Of a stretch of DNA of 39,102 bases, positions 1-8,022 are shown piece by piece (the first letter of the stretch is position 1; each line of letters starts with the position of its first letter). Under the pieces are notes generated by a model, which had not been told where the DNA came from, searched no databases, and saw nothing but the letters and a program-made list of their open reading frames with translations. Origin of the DNA: Eubacteriales bacterium (GTDB lineage Bacteria > Bacillota > Clostridia > Oscillospirales > CAG-272); the NCBI GenBank assembly GCA_045655145.1, contig JAZOOW010000135.1, positions 1-39,102 on the forward strand, in the 5' to 3' direction. Made by a program: the position numbers and the translations under genes.

Positions 1-330
1 AGCGGTGAATCCGTTCTTGACCTTGCTTATCAGCTCAAGGAAAAGGGCGCGCGCCGTGTATTCGTGTTTGCTACCTTCGGCCTGTTCTGCAACGGCCTTG
101 AGAGAATGGATGAGGCCTATGAAAACGGCCTGTTTACCCGTATCTTTACATCCAATTTGATTTATCAAATGCCGGAGCTGCTTGCCCGTCCCTGGTATGC
201 AAGCGTGAATATGTGTAAATACGTGGCTTACATTATCGACACGCTCAATCATGACCGTACGATCAGCGGCCTTTTGGATCAGTCTAAGAGGATCCATACG
301 CTGGTAGATACACATAAGCTTAACAAATAA
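1..330 (+). CDS. Ribose-phosphate pyrophosphokinase-like phosphoribosyltransferase, C-terminal part (5' end lies outside the window)
   Basis: Frame 1 is open from base 1 (SGESVLDLAYQLKEKGARRVFVFATFGLF...) and continues into tracked ORF 64..330. The segment resembles the C-terminal PRTase region of Prs-family enzymes. TAA at 328-330 is followed by a hairpin terminator. Confidence 0.55.
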   Translation, partial: SGESVLDLAYQLKEKGARRVFVFATFGLFCNGLERMDEAYENGLFTRIFTSNLIYQMPELLARPWYASVNMCKYVAYIIDTLNHDRTISGLLDQSKRIHTLVDTHKLNK

Positions 331-335
331 CGGGT

Positions 336-368
336 AAGGGGGCGCTAAGGTCGCCCCCTTGCATTTTT
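336..368 (+). terminator. Rho-independent terminator after the prs-like gene
   Basis: Stem AAGGGGGCG (336-344) pairs with CGCCCCCTT (352-360) around a 7-nt loop, followed by a T-rich tract (GCATTTTT). Confidence 0.65.
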
Positions 369-440
369 AGAAAAAGGGCTACTTCGCTGCTTTTTGCGAA
401 AAGAGTTTACAATTTTGGCGGCAAACTGCCTAAAATTCTC

Positions 441-469
441 TTGACAAAGCGGCGTATTTGTTGTAAAAT
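441..469 (+). promoter_or_regulatory. Sigma-A type promoter for the LRR lipoprotein gene
   Basis: -35 TTGACA (441-446), 17-nt spacer, -10 TAAAAT (464-469). It sits about 80 nt upstream of the ATG at 550. Confidence 0.45.
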
Positions 470-549
470 GTTATATGCATTATTTTGTGTGCCTTTACGC
501 GTGCGCGCGTGGGCGCTCGTTTCACCCCGTGCATTTTAAGGAGGAAGAT

Positions 550-3465
550 ATGAAGATCACGAAGATTGTCCTCGTCATGCTCTTGATTTTGGCGATGGCA
601 CTGGTGTCTTTTGGATGTAATCCCCCCGAGGACGATCCTACGACAAGCACCACGACCACAACAGGCGGTCAGCCCGGGAATCCATCGCAGCCCGGGAATC
701 CCTCGCAGCCCGGAAACCCCGGACAGCCGAGCAATCCCGGAACAACGGTGACACCGGATACGACCAAGGACGGATTGCAGTATAAGCTCTTGAACTCAGA
801 GACCTGTGCGATCGTCGGGTACACGAGTGATATCGCCGCTTCCGTCACGATTCCGGCAAGGATGACTGTAAGAGGTCTTGATGTGGAGGTCGTGCAGATA
901 TCTGCCGGTGCCTTTGCCAACTGCGAAAAGCTGACCTCTTTGACGATTCCCGCTACCGTATTAACGGTGGAGCGCGGTGCCTTTACCGGTTGCTCGAAGC
1001 TGGAAACCCTGCACCTTGCTTATGTGGGCGGTAGCGCAACTGCCAACAACTTTATCGGCTACATTTTCGGTGCGCGTTCCTTCTCGGAGAACGCCGCTTA
1101 CGTGCCGGCGTCCTTGAAGACGGTCTACCTCATGGAGGATTGCCTGTCTGTTGCTCCCTTTGCCTTTGACGGTTGTAAGAATATTACCGCCATCAATATG
1201 AGCGATAAGCTGGAATCTTTGGGGGCATACGCCTTTGCCGGAACAGGACTCACAACGCTGAAAATCCCCACCGGCGTTACCTCGATCGGTGTCGGTATTT
1301 GTGCAGACTGTCCGCTTACATCTCTTGAAACCCCCTTCATCGGTGCCGATGCTATCGGTACCAAGAATTCCTATCTTGGTTATTTCTTTGGGGCTTCCTC
1401 CTATCTTGATAACGCCAAATTCGTTTCCGGTGATCTCTCCAATCTGAAGATCTATGACGGGTGCACCGCGATCGGTGACGGTGCCTTCTACGGGTGCGTC
1501 AAGCTCGCTAACCCCGACCTGCCCGCATCGCTCGTCAATATCGGCAAGGATGCCTTTGTCGGTACAAAGTTCTTTGATGATAAGCCCAACGGGCTTGTCT
1601 ACATCGGACAGGAGGATGCCGTTCTTTACACCTACAAGGGTGAATTGACCGGAACCGATATCGTCATTAAGGACGGAACGGTTGCTATCGCAGCAGGTGC
1701 CTTCAGCGGTCTTGACATTACCTCGGTATCCATTCCGCTCTCGGTGAAAAACATCGGTATCGGTGCTTTCCGTGATACCAAGCTTGCGGAGATCACGCTT
1801 CCCTTTGTCGGAGAGACACCGGATTCTGCGAACAACTTTATCGGCTTTGTGTTCGGTGCTGCTTCCGTCGAGGAGCAGGTAGAAACAGAAGCAAGCCGTG
1901 TTCTTCCTGCTACGCTGAAGAAGGTCAGTCTGGCTGCGACATGCACCGAGATTGGAGAAAATGCCTTCTACGGCTGCAAGACGCTCACGGACGTGCATAT
2001 CGGTCCGGCTGTGGAGAGCATCGCCAAGAACGCCTTCTTTGCTTGCGACTCTCTGGCAACCATTACAGTAGATATTGCCAACACTGACTATAAAACCGAA
2101 GGCGGCCTTCTCTACAACTATGAGGGCAATGAGCTCTTTGCCGTTCCGATGGCCATTGATGGGGAGATCACGCTTCTCGATATTGAGGAGATCGCACCCC
2201 GTCAGTTCCAGAACTGCAAGGGCATTACCGCGATCAATATGCCTGCTACGCTTCTTTCTATCGGTGACAGTGCCTTTGAGGGAGCAACTGCTCTTGCCGA
2301 TATCGGCACCGTTCCTGCCAACATTGAAATGATCGGCTACAACGCCTTTGCCGATACCAAGTGGTACGATGATCTTTCCGATGGAATGGTCATTCTCGGT
2401 AAAACCGTTTACAGAGTGAAGGGTGCTATGGAGGATGTGGCAGTTCCGGACGGAATGCTCTATGTAACCGAGGGGGCCTTTGAAACCACAGGTGCCAAGA
2501 CTGTTGCGATCCCCGCTTCGGTTAAGCGCATGGGTCTTGCGATTCTTCGTGACTGTACAGAGATTACCGAGCTTACGGTTCCGTTCCTTGGCGTATCTTC
2601 CGCGGATACGAACACTGGATTTGTCGGCTCCTTCTTTGGCGCTCCCAACCCCTTCCTTGCCGGGCGGTATGTGCCGGATGTGTTGACCAAGGTTGTCTTC
2701 CACGACACCTGCACGCAGCTTCAGAAGGAAGCTTTCAGGGGCTGCTCTGCTATTTCTGATATTACCTTTACGGATTCCGTTGTATCCGTTGCCAGTGATG
2801 CACTGACAGAAACGGCATACTTTCATAATCAGCCCGCTGGCACGGTGATGTACGTTGGCCGCGTGGTTTACCGCTACATTAAGCCCGAGCTTTCCTATAA
2901 GGAGTATCAGGATATGAGCGAGGAGGACTCCACGGTGGTCAATCCTTATCATGTCGTGCTGCGTGAGGATACGGTTGCCATCGCTGATGAGGCCTTCCGT
3001 TCCTCTGAAATTCGTTCGGTTCGTATTCCGGACACGGTTACCTACCTTGGTGTCAGCGCCTTCCGCGGCTGTACCTCGCTTGAGACCGTGCGGTATTCTG
3101 CCAAGCTGGAGGTGCTTAGCAACTACGCCTTTGAGGGCTGCAGCAAGATCAAGAACGCTTACGTGCCCGGCACGGTTAAGGTAATCGGCGGTGCCGCATT
3201 TGCCAACTGCACGGATCTCGCGGTTCTTTATCTTGAGGAGGGTATTGAGGCTGTTATGGACAACGCCTTTAGCAAATGTGGAATCAGCTATGTTCACTTC
3301 ACGGGTGCCGGACGCGGTACAGCGTGGAACAAACTGATCAACTCCGATCTGTTCTCCGAAACAGGTAATAAGGTTGTGGTGGCAGAGGGGACTAGGGTGT
3401 ATTTTGACAAAGTGGATGAAGCAGGTGTTGTTATTGAACCTTGCTTCACCTTCCCTCCATTTTGA
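550..3465 (+). CDS. Large surface lipoprotein with BspA/TpLRR-type leucine-rich repeats (971 aa)
   Basis: Tracked ORF 475..3465. I prefer the internal ATG at 550, which is preceded by AAGGAGG (538-544). The N-terminus MKITKIVLVMLLILAMALVSFGC is a signal peptide ending in a lipobox-like Cys. A Thr/Pro/Gly/Asn linker follows, then many repeats of the form L(T/E)x(I/V)x(I/L)Pxx(V/L)xxIGxxAFxxC, typical of LRR_5/BspA-like proteins. No LPXTG motif at the C-terminus. Confidence 0.8.
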   Translation: MKITKIVLVMLLILAMALVSFGCNPPEDDPTTSTTTTTGGQPGNPSQPGNPSQPGNPGQPSNPGTTVTPDTTKDGLQYKLLNSETCAIVGYTSDIAASVTIPARMTVRGLDVEVVQISAGAFANCEKLTSLTIPATVLTVERGAFTGCSKLETLHLAYVGGSATANNFIGYIFGARSFSENAAYVPASLKTVYLMEDCLSVAPFAFDGCKNITAINMSDKLESLGAYAFAGTGLTTLKIPTGVTSIGVGICADCPLTSLETPFIGADAIGTKNSYLGYFFGASSYLDNAKFVSGDLSNLKIYDGCTAIGDGAFYGCVKLANPDLPASLVNIGKDAFVGTKFFDDKPNGLVYIGQEDAVLYTYKGELTGTDIVIKDGTVAIAAGAFSGLDITSVSIPLSVKNIGIGAFRDTKLAEITLPFVGETPDSANNFIGFVFGAASVEEQVETEASRVLPATLKKVSLAATCTEIGENAFYGCKTLTDVHIGPAVESIAKNAFFACDSLATITVDIANTDYKTEGGLLYNYEGNELFAVPMAIDGEITLLDIEEIAPRQFQNCKGITAINMPATLLSIGDSAFEGATALADIGTVPANIEMIGYNAFADTKWYDDLSDGMVILGKTVYRVKGAMEDVAVPDGMLYVTEGAFETTGAKTVAIPASVKRMGLAILRDCTEITELTVPFLGVSSADTNTGFVGSFFGAPNPFLAGRYVPDVLTKVVFHDTCTQLQKEAFRGCSAISDITFTDSVVSVASDALTETAYFHNQPAGTVMYVGRVVYRYIKPELSYKEYQDMSEEDSTVVNPYHVVLREDTVAIADEAFRSSEIRSVRIPDTVTYLGVSAFRGCTSLETVRYSAKLEVLSNYAFEGCSKIKNAYVPGTVKVIGGAAFANCTDLAVLYLEEGIEAVMDNAFSKCGISYVHFTGAGRGTAWNKLINSDLFSETGNKVVVAEGTRVYFDKVDEAGVVIEPCFTFPPF
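670..741 (+). repeat. Four tandem 18-bp repeats encoding (QPGNPS)-like units in the lipoprotein linker
   Basis: The four units are CAGCCCGGGAATCCATCG, CAGCCCGGGAATCCCTCG, CAGCCCGGAAACCCCGGA and CAGCCGAGCAATCCCGGA. They are in frame and encode QPGNPS QPGNPS QPGNPG QPSNPG. Confidence 0.9.
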
Positions 3466-3488
3466 TCCTAAAGTCAAATAAATAGGAG

Positions 3489-3520
3489 AAAAGGGGTCTC
3501 ACGCATGTGAGGCCCCTTTT
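3489..3520 (+). terminator. Rho-independent terminator of the LRR gene
   Basis: Stem GGGGTCTCAC (3493-3502) pairs with GTGAGGCCCC (3507-3516) with one G-U pair, flanked by AAAA on the 5' side and TTTT on the 3' side. Confidence 0.6.
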
Positions 3521-3524
3521 GAAA

Positions 3525-3560
3525 GAATGAAGCAGGCATCGAAAGATGCCTGCTTCATTC
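3525..3560 (-). terminator. Hairpin terminator downstream of the response-regulator gene
   Basis: Perfect 16-bp stem GAATGAAGCAGGCATC (3525-3540) / GATGCCTGCTTCATTC (3545-3560) with a GAAA loop. T-rich sequence follows on both strands. It lies 12 nt beyond the stop at 3572. Confidence 0.55.
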
Positions 3561-3571
3561 TTTGCTTTGTG

Positions 3572-4258
3572 TCAAAGGATCTCAAATTTGTAGCCTACGC
3601 CCCAAACGGTTTTGAGGATCCACTTGTCAGAAACGCCCTCCAGCTTTTCGCGCAGGCGCTTGACATGGACGTCCACCGTACGGGAGTCACCGAGATAATC
3701 AAAGCCCCATACCTTGTCAAGGAGCTGGTCGCGCGTAAATACGCGGTTGCAGTTCGAGGCAAGGAAATAAAGCAGCTCTAACTCCTTTGGCGGAATATCG
3801 ATCGACTTTCCACGGAGCTTCAGCTCATACTTTTGTAGGCTGATCTCAATGTTCTCAAACTTGATAATTTCCTCATCAGCAAGACTGCCATGCGCATGGT
3901 AACGGCGCAGAACTGCTTTGATGCGGGCGGAAAGCTCCTTCATGTCAAAGGGCTTCACGATAAAGTCGTCAGCACCCAATTCAAGGCCGAGAACCTTATC
4001 AAAAACATCTCCTTTGGCGGTGATCATGATCACGGGCTTGGGTGAGATCTCACGGATCTCGCGGCAAACCTGCCAGCCGTCCTTTTTGGGCATCATAATG
4101 TCCAGCAGAACAAGATCAGGCTCGTAGATCTTGAAATAGTGGATGCCCTCGATGCCGTCGTTGGCGGCCTTCACTTGATAGCCCTCCTTCTCTAAATAAA
4201 GGGTGAGCATTTCGCGGATGTTGGGATCGTCGTCTACGATCAACAGCTTTGTATCCAT
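3572..4258 (-). CDS. OmpR/PhoB-family two-component response regulator (228 aa)
   Basis: Receiver domain motifs are present (LIVDDD, LLDIMMP, IVKPF), followed by a winged-helix C-terminal domain (ELELLYFLASN..., VDVHVKRLREKL, VWGVGYKF). Start moved to the ATG at 4258, which is preceded by AAGGAGG; the track's 4288 start is a TTG without an RBS. Confidence 0.9.
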   Translation of the reverse strand: MDTKLLIVDDDPNIREMLTLYLEKEGYQVKAANDGIEGIHYFKIYEPDLVLLDIMMPKKDGWQVCREIREISPKPVIMITAKGDVFDKVLGLELGADDFIVKPFDMKELSARIKAVLRRYHAHGSLADEEIIKFENIEISLQKYELKLRGKSIDIPPKELELLYFLASNCNRVFTRDQLLDKVWGFDYLGDSRTVDVHVKRLREKLEGVSDKWILKTVWGVGYKFEIL

Positions 4259-4407
4259 GAGAACCTCCTTAAATGTTAATTTTGACAAAATTTATCAATC
4301 TTCACAATTGTATTATAGCACAGAAAAACAAAAAATGTTGTATGATTTGTAAATAAGTAAAAAATTTTCAAAAATACAGGAAAAACAAAAGAAAACAGCT
4401 TTGGGGC

Positions 4408-4436
4408 TTGCTATTTTTCGGGTTTTGTATTATAAT
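4408..4436 (+). promoter_or_regulatory. Sigma-A type promoter for ychF
   Basis: -35 TTGCTA (4408-4413), 17-nt spacer, -10 TATAAT (4431-4436). Confidence 0.45.
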
Positions 4437-4481
4437 GGAAGGGAAATCAAACGGCTACGCCGTATCAATAGGGGAATGATT

Positions 4482-5576
4482 ATGAAGCTTGGTATCGTAG
4501 GTCTGCCGAATGTAGGCAAAAGCACACTGTTTAATGCACTCACCAACGCAGGGGCGGCATCTGCCAACTATCCGTTCTGCACCATCGATCCGAATGTGGG
4601 CGTCGTCGCCGTGCCGGACAAGCGTTTGGACGCCTTGGCTACCATGTACAATCCGGAGAAGTACACGCCTGCCGTTATGGAATTTGTCGATATTGCAGGA
4701 CTTGTCAAGGGTGCCTCCAAGGGGGAGGGGCTTGGCAATAAATTTCTTGCCAACATCCGTGAGGTCGATGCCATTCTGCATGTGGTGCGTTGCTTTGAGA
4801 ATGATGATATTATTCACGTAGACGGCAAGGTGGATCCTCTGCGTGATGTAGAAACCATCAATCTGGAGCTGATCTTTGCGGATATGGAGGTGGTTGAGCG
4901 CCGTCTTGACCGTGTCCGCAAGCTTGTCAAGAATGATAAGTCCTTGACTGCCGAGGTGGCCGTTCTTGAACGCATTTATGCAACGCTTGAGGGCGGTGCC
5001 TGTGCGCGTACGCTGGAGCTTACGCCGGAGGAAATGACTCTGGTGGCAGAGGCGCGGCTTTTGACCTTGAAGCCTGTGATCTATGTTGCCAACGTGGACG
5101 AGAATGATATAGCAGGTGCGCTTTCGGATAATGCCGCGTATGCGCAGCTGAAGGCGCACGCCGCCACGGAGAATGCGGGCTTGATCGCCGTTTGCGCACA
5201 GGTCGAGGCGGAGCTTTCGGATATGGAGGCCGGGGAGAAGCAGGAGTTTCTCACCGACCTCGGCATAGAGGAGAGCGGACTTGATCAGCTGATCCGTGCA
5301 GGATACGCACTGCTTGGACTGATCAGTTATTTAACGGCAGGCCCCAAAGAGGTGCGCGCCTGGACGATTGAAAAGGGAACACGCGCACCCCAGGCGGCAG
5401 GTAAGATCCACTCGGATTTTGAGCGCGGATTTATCCGTGCGGAGGTGGTATCCTTTGAGGATCTTATGCGTGAGGGCTCTATGAACGCCGTGAAGGAAAA
5501 GGGGCTCCTCCGTTCCGAGGGCAAGGAATATGTGATGCAGGACGGCGACGTTGTTCTGTTCCGCTTTAACGTATAA
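4482..5576 (+). CDS. ychF: Ribosome-binding ATPase YchF (364 aa)
   Basis: [21 protein letters not shown]..., [12 protein letters not shown], and the C-terminal TGS/YchF region ([17 protein letters not shown]) are all recognisable. Start chosen at the ATG at 4482 to give the canonical MKLGIVG N-terminus and a typical length. Confidence 0.9.
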   Translation: MKLGIVGLPNVGKSTLFNALTNAGAASANYPFCTIDPNVGVVAVPDKRLDALATMYNPEKYTPAVMEFVDIAGLVKGASKGEGLGNKFLANIREVDAILHVVRCFENDDIIHVDGKVDPLRDVETINLELIFADMEVVERRLDRVRKLVKNDKSLTAEVAVLERIYATLEGGACARTLELTPEEMTLVAEARLLTLKPVIYVANVDENDIAGALSDNAAYAQLKAHAATENAGLIAVCAQVEAELSDMEAGEKQEFLTDLGIEESGLDQLIRAGYALLGLISYLTAGPKEVRAWTIEKGTRAPQAAGKIHSDFERGFIRAEVVSFEDLMREGSMNAVKEKGLLRSEGKEYVMQDGDVVLFRFNV

Positions 5577-5580
5577 TACT

Positions 5581-5612
5581 AAAAATGCTCCGCAGGAATG
5601 CGGAGCATTTTT
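5581..5612. terminator. Bidirectional hairpin terminator between convergent ychF and comEC
   Basis: AAAAATGCTCCGCA-GGAA-TGCGGAGCATTTTT, with an A-tract on the 5' side and a T-tract on the 3' side. Confidence 0.65.
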
Positions 5613-7884
5613 AGTTTAGGGGATATAAGCAGGGCACTGTGTTCTCACGGATCTCCGCGCGGGCAGAGAGGAGGGAAAGCAGACGGTTCTCCACGCGGGT
5701 AGCACCGCCGGGGAGAAGAACATGCCGTAAATCACCGCAGAAGGTGGGGTAGGCGATCTTTTCGTGCTCGGTAATGCCGTGTTGTCCAAAAATCAAATGT
5801 CGGCTGATGGCAACCGAGGAGGCGGCCGTCTTTGCGACGGAGGATTCTGCCATTCCTTTCCCAAGATAGGTAAGCGTGGTGCATGGGCTTTTAACGGTAA
5901 GGGCTGTCGTCTTATGCGTGCTTTCCTTGCGGGTGCCGCTTTTGTGCGGAATGAGCGTCAGATCCCCAAAGGATATTTCCTCGTAAGGGAGGTAGCGGTA
6001 AACCGAAATGCCGCGATTTTCTGCCATGCGGCACAGCTCGCGGTAGAGTGCTTCCTCGTCTTCACTTTCGGGCGTTGGCAGATATAGCGCGCGCAGCATG
6101 AAGCTCGCCGAAATGCGCGCAAGGGTGCTCGTGTGCCTTGTGTGGTAATGAGAAAGCATGTAAGCGGAAAGCTCTGTTGCGTGTGCCTCACGAAGCAATG
6201 CCTCTGCCGTTTCTGTTACGGCCGATCCGCCGTAGGTGGCATCATACAAGAGAGTGTTCCCCTGTGATGTGACGAGAACAAGGTCGCCGTTTGCGGAGGC
6301 TGATGCGTAGCCAAAGCGATCTTCTGTATAAACAGGATGCGCACAGACTGCAAGCGTGATGCCGGATATGCCGATCAGGAGGAGGGTGGAGAGCAAAAGC
6401 CGCTTGCCGCTTGTGCGGAAAAAGCAAAGATATAGAAAAAGTGCGGCAGTTCCCAAAAGCATCACGACCGTGAAGGGAAGATAGCGTGTGTCGAGCAGGA
6501 GATGGGGAAGCTTGGCACATTCTGCGGTAAGGTGGAGGAGGGTGTTTCCAAGGGCGGAGCAGGCATCCCCGAGAAAAAGCGAATTCCCGAGAAGAAGCAC
6601 CGGTACCGCGGGGATCAGATAAAGGGAGAAAAGCGGAACGAGGAAGAGGTTTGCAAGCGGTGCGATCCAAGAGATCTCTCCAAAAAAGAGGGAAATGGCC
6701 GCAAGGGTTGCGGCAAAGGCCGACAGTCCCACCAAAAAATTGCCCTGCAAAAGACGCCAGGCACGCCGCACACCGCGTGCCTGCGCTCTCCCTTGCGAGG
6801 ACTCGCTGTAGATAAGAATGCCAAGCGTGGCCGCAAAGGAAAGCCAGAGTGAGCAATCATAGATCGCATAAGGAGCAAAGAGAAGAATGAGTGTAACGGC
6901 CAAAAAGAGCGAGGTTACACTGTCAGCCTGCCGCGCAGCAAAGAAGGAGAGGGATAGGGCGGCGGCCATGATGCCTGCACGCAGGATGGACGGAGTCAGT
7001 CCTGTCAGGAAGATGTAAAACACAAGAAAAGCAATGGAAATGAGGAGCTCTGCGCGGCGCGGCAGGCGGAGCCACACAGAAGCGGTGTGTAGAATGACCA
7101 TCAGAATACTCAAATGCAGGCCACTCAAGGCTAGAATATGTGAGATGCCAAGCCGCCTAAAATCCCGTGTGACCGCATCCGGCAACAGATCGCGCGTGCC
7201 GAGAAGCATGGCACTCATCAGCTTGCCGGCATCCCCTTGTACAGCATCGGTGATGCGTGCAGAGAGGCTATCTCTGTAACTCTCCATCTGGCTTTTTGTG
7301 CGGAGGAGTAGAGATTGGTTCTTTCCAAGATATGTGGGTGCTGTGTCCGTCTGCATACGGGCCATGATGCCGTCTGCCAAAAGATATTTGTCTGTACCGC
7401 CGTAACGCGCATCGATCAAAGGGGTAAACACCCCCGCAAGGGATAGACGGTCGCCTATCAGGAGCTCGTCTGTAGAGGTGTCGCAGGACACCGATATGGT
7501 GATATGGCACTCCTTCCCATCAAGCGTGTCACAGGCAAGAGTAAAGGCCGCACCGAAATCTGCTTGATAGACAATGTCGGTCACCGTACCCGTTACCGTT
7601 ACGGACTTGTTGCTTTGTGCCTCATGGCGTAAAAGCGGAAGGTCATAGGAAGCAAGGCCAAAGATCTGCCCGATCACCGCCACCGCAAGAATGACAGTCA
7701 AAAAGCGCGGTCTGCGTGCAACGAGGAAGCGTTTCTTCTTCAAAATAAGGATGAGAAGCGCAAAAAAGACAAGCATCGCAGAGAGGGAGAGCTTTGCTGC
7801 GGTGCTTGTCAGGGAGGCGGCGGTTAAGGAGATGATAAAGATAAGAGAGAGGGTTGCCAAGGGGCGGTTTTGAAGTAACGGCAT
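5611..7884 (-). CDS. comEC: ComEC/Rec2 family DNA-internalisation competence protein (757 aa)
   Basis: Polytopic membrane protein carrying the signature LGISHILALSGLHLSIL competence-domain motif, an N-terminal OB-like region and a C-terminal metallo-beta-lactamase-like domain. RBS AAAGGAGAG lies upstream of the ATG at 7884. Confidence 0.85.
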   Translation of the reverse strand: MPLLQNRPLATLSLIFIISLTAASLTSTAAKLSLSAMLVFFALLILILKKKRFLVARRPRFLTVILAVAVIGQIFGLASYDLPLLRHEAQSNKSVTVTGTVTDIVYQADFGAAFTLACDTLDGKECHITISVSCDTSTDELLIGDRLSLAGVFTPLIDARYGGTDKYLLADGIMARMQTDTAPTYLGKNQSLLLRTKSQMESYRDSLSARITDAVQGDAGKLMSAMLLGTRDLLPDAVTRDFRRLGISHILALSGLHLSILMVILHTASVWLRLPRRAELLISIAFLVFYIFLTGLTPSILRAGIMAAALSLSFFAARQADSVTSLFLAVTLILLFAPYAIYDCSLWLSFAATLGILIYSESSQGRAQARGVRRAWRLLQGNFLVGLSAFAATLAAISLFFGEISWIAPLANLFLVPLFSLYLIPAVPVLLLGNSLFLGDACSALGNTLLHLTAECAKLPHLLLDTRYLPFTVVMLLGTAALFLYLCFFRTSGKRLLLSTLLLIGISGITLAVCAHPVYTEDRFGYASASANGDLVLVTSQGNTLLYDATYGGSAVTETAEALLREAHATELSAYMLSHYHTRHTSTLARISASFMLRALYLPTPESEDEEALYRELCRMAENRGISVYRYLPYEEISFGDLTLIPHKSGTRKESTHKTTALTVKSPCTTLTYLGKGMAESSVAKTAASSVAISRHLIFGQHGITEHEKIAYPTFCGDLRHVLLPGGATRVENRLLSLLSARAEIRENTVPCLYPLN

Positions 7885-7937
7885 GGCGATCTCTCCTTTT
7901 TGTCATAGACGGGGATGCATCTTAATTTTGTCTGTTT

Positions 7938-7984
7938 TTTATAAAAAGAGGACACCCGTGTGTCGTGAAAAAGGATGTCCTCTT
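7938..7984 (-). terminator. Hairpin terminator after the lipid-kinase gene
   Basis: Stem AAGAGGACA (7946-7954) pairs with TGTCCTCTT (7976-7984) around a 21-nt loop. On the minus strand it is followed by TTTTTAT. Confidence 0.45.
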
Positions 7985-8022
7985 TGTTTTTTAGGGTACC
8001 CTAGGGGGAATAGGGAAAGCGG

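Noticed and set aside
496-511. 16-nt perfectly alternating pyrimidine-purine tract (TACGCGTGCGCGCGTG) in the LRR gene leader, with Z-DNA-like potential.
   Set aside because: It is short, single-copy and lies in a GC-rich genome. There is no further evidence for function.
475-549. N-terminal extensions in the ORF track. The same issue affects 4259-4288, 4401-4481, 9013-9054, 13795-13845, 27253-27384, 30372-30458, 30471-30545, 31832-31918 and 36639-36686.
   Set aside because: The extensions start at TTG, GTG or ATG codons without an RBS. They often run through predicted -10/-35 elements, or through the preceding gene in another frame. They also add residues ahead of canonical N-termini (for example MKLGIVG of YchF, or the signal peptide of the lipoprotein).
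961-3477. 838-aa ORF on the minus strand, opposite the LRR gene. Comparable long antisense ORFs occur at 11033-12058(+), 13942-15207(-), 17350-18111(-), 19806-21380(-), 22193-23635(+), 25762-27327(+), 33550-34446(-), 34507-35493(-), 35694-36494(+), 36699-37532(+) and 38286-39083(+).
   Set aside because: Each lies entirely opposite a gene whose product has unmistakable family motifs. Their translations are low-complexity and Arg/Gly/His-rich with no recognisable domains, RBS or promoter. Long stop-free antisense frames are expected in GC-rich coding DNA.
7955-7978. Shared motif ACCCGTGTGT-N3-GAAAA(A)GG downstream of two minus-strand genes (7955-7978 and 29283-29303), plus nearby GGGTACCC palindromes (7995-8002, 29281-29288, and also about 15394).
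   Set aside because: There are only two copies with about 17 of 21 identities. Many 10-mer coincidences are expected in 39 kb, and GGGTACCC also occurs inside the gdpP coding sequence. This is insufficient to call a repeat family without a genome-wide count.
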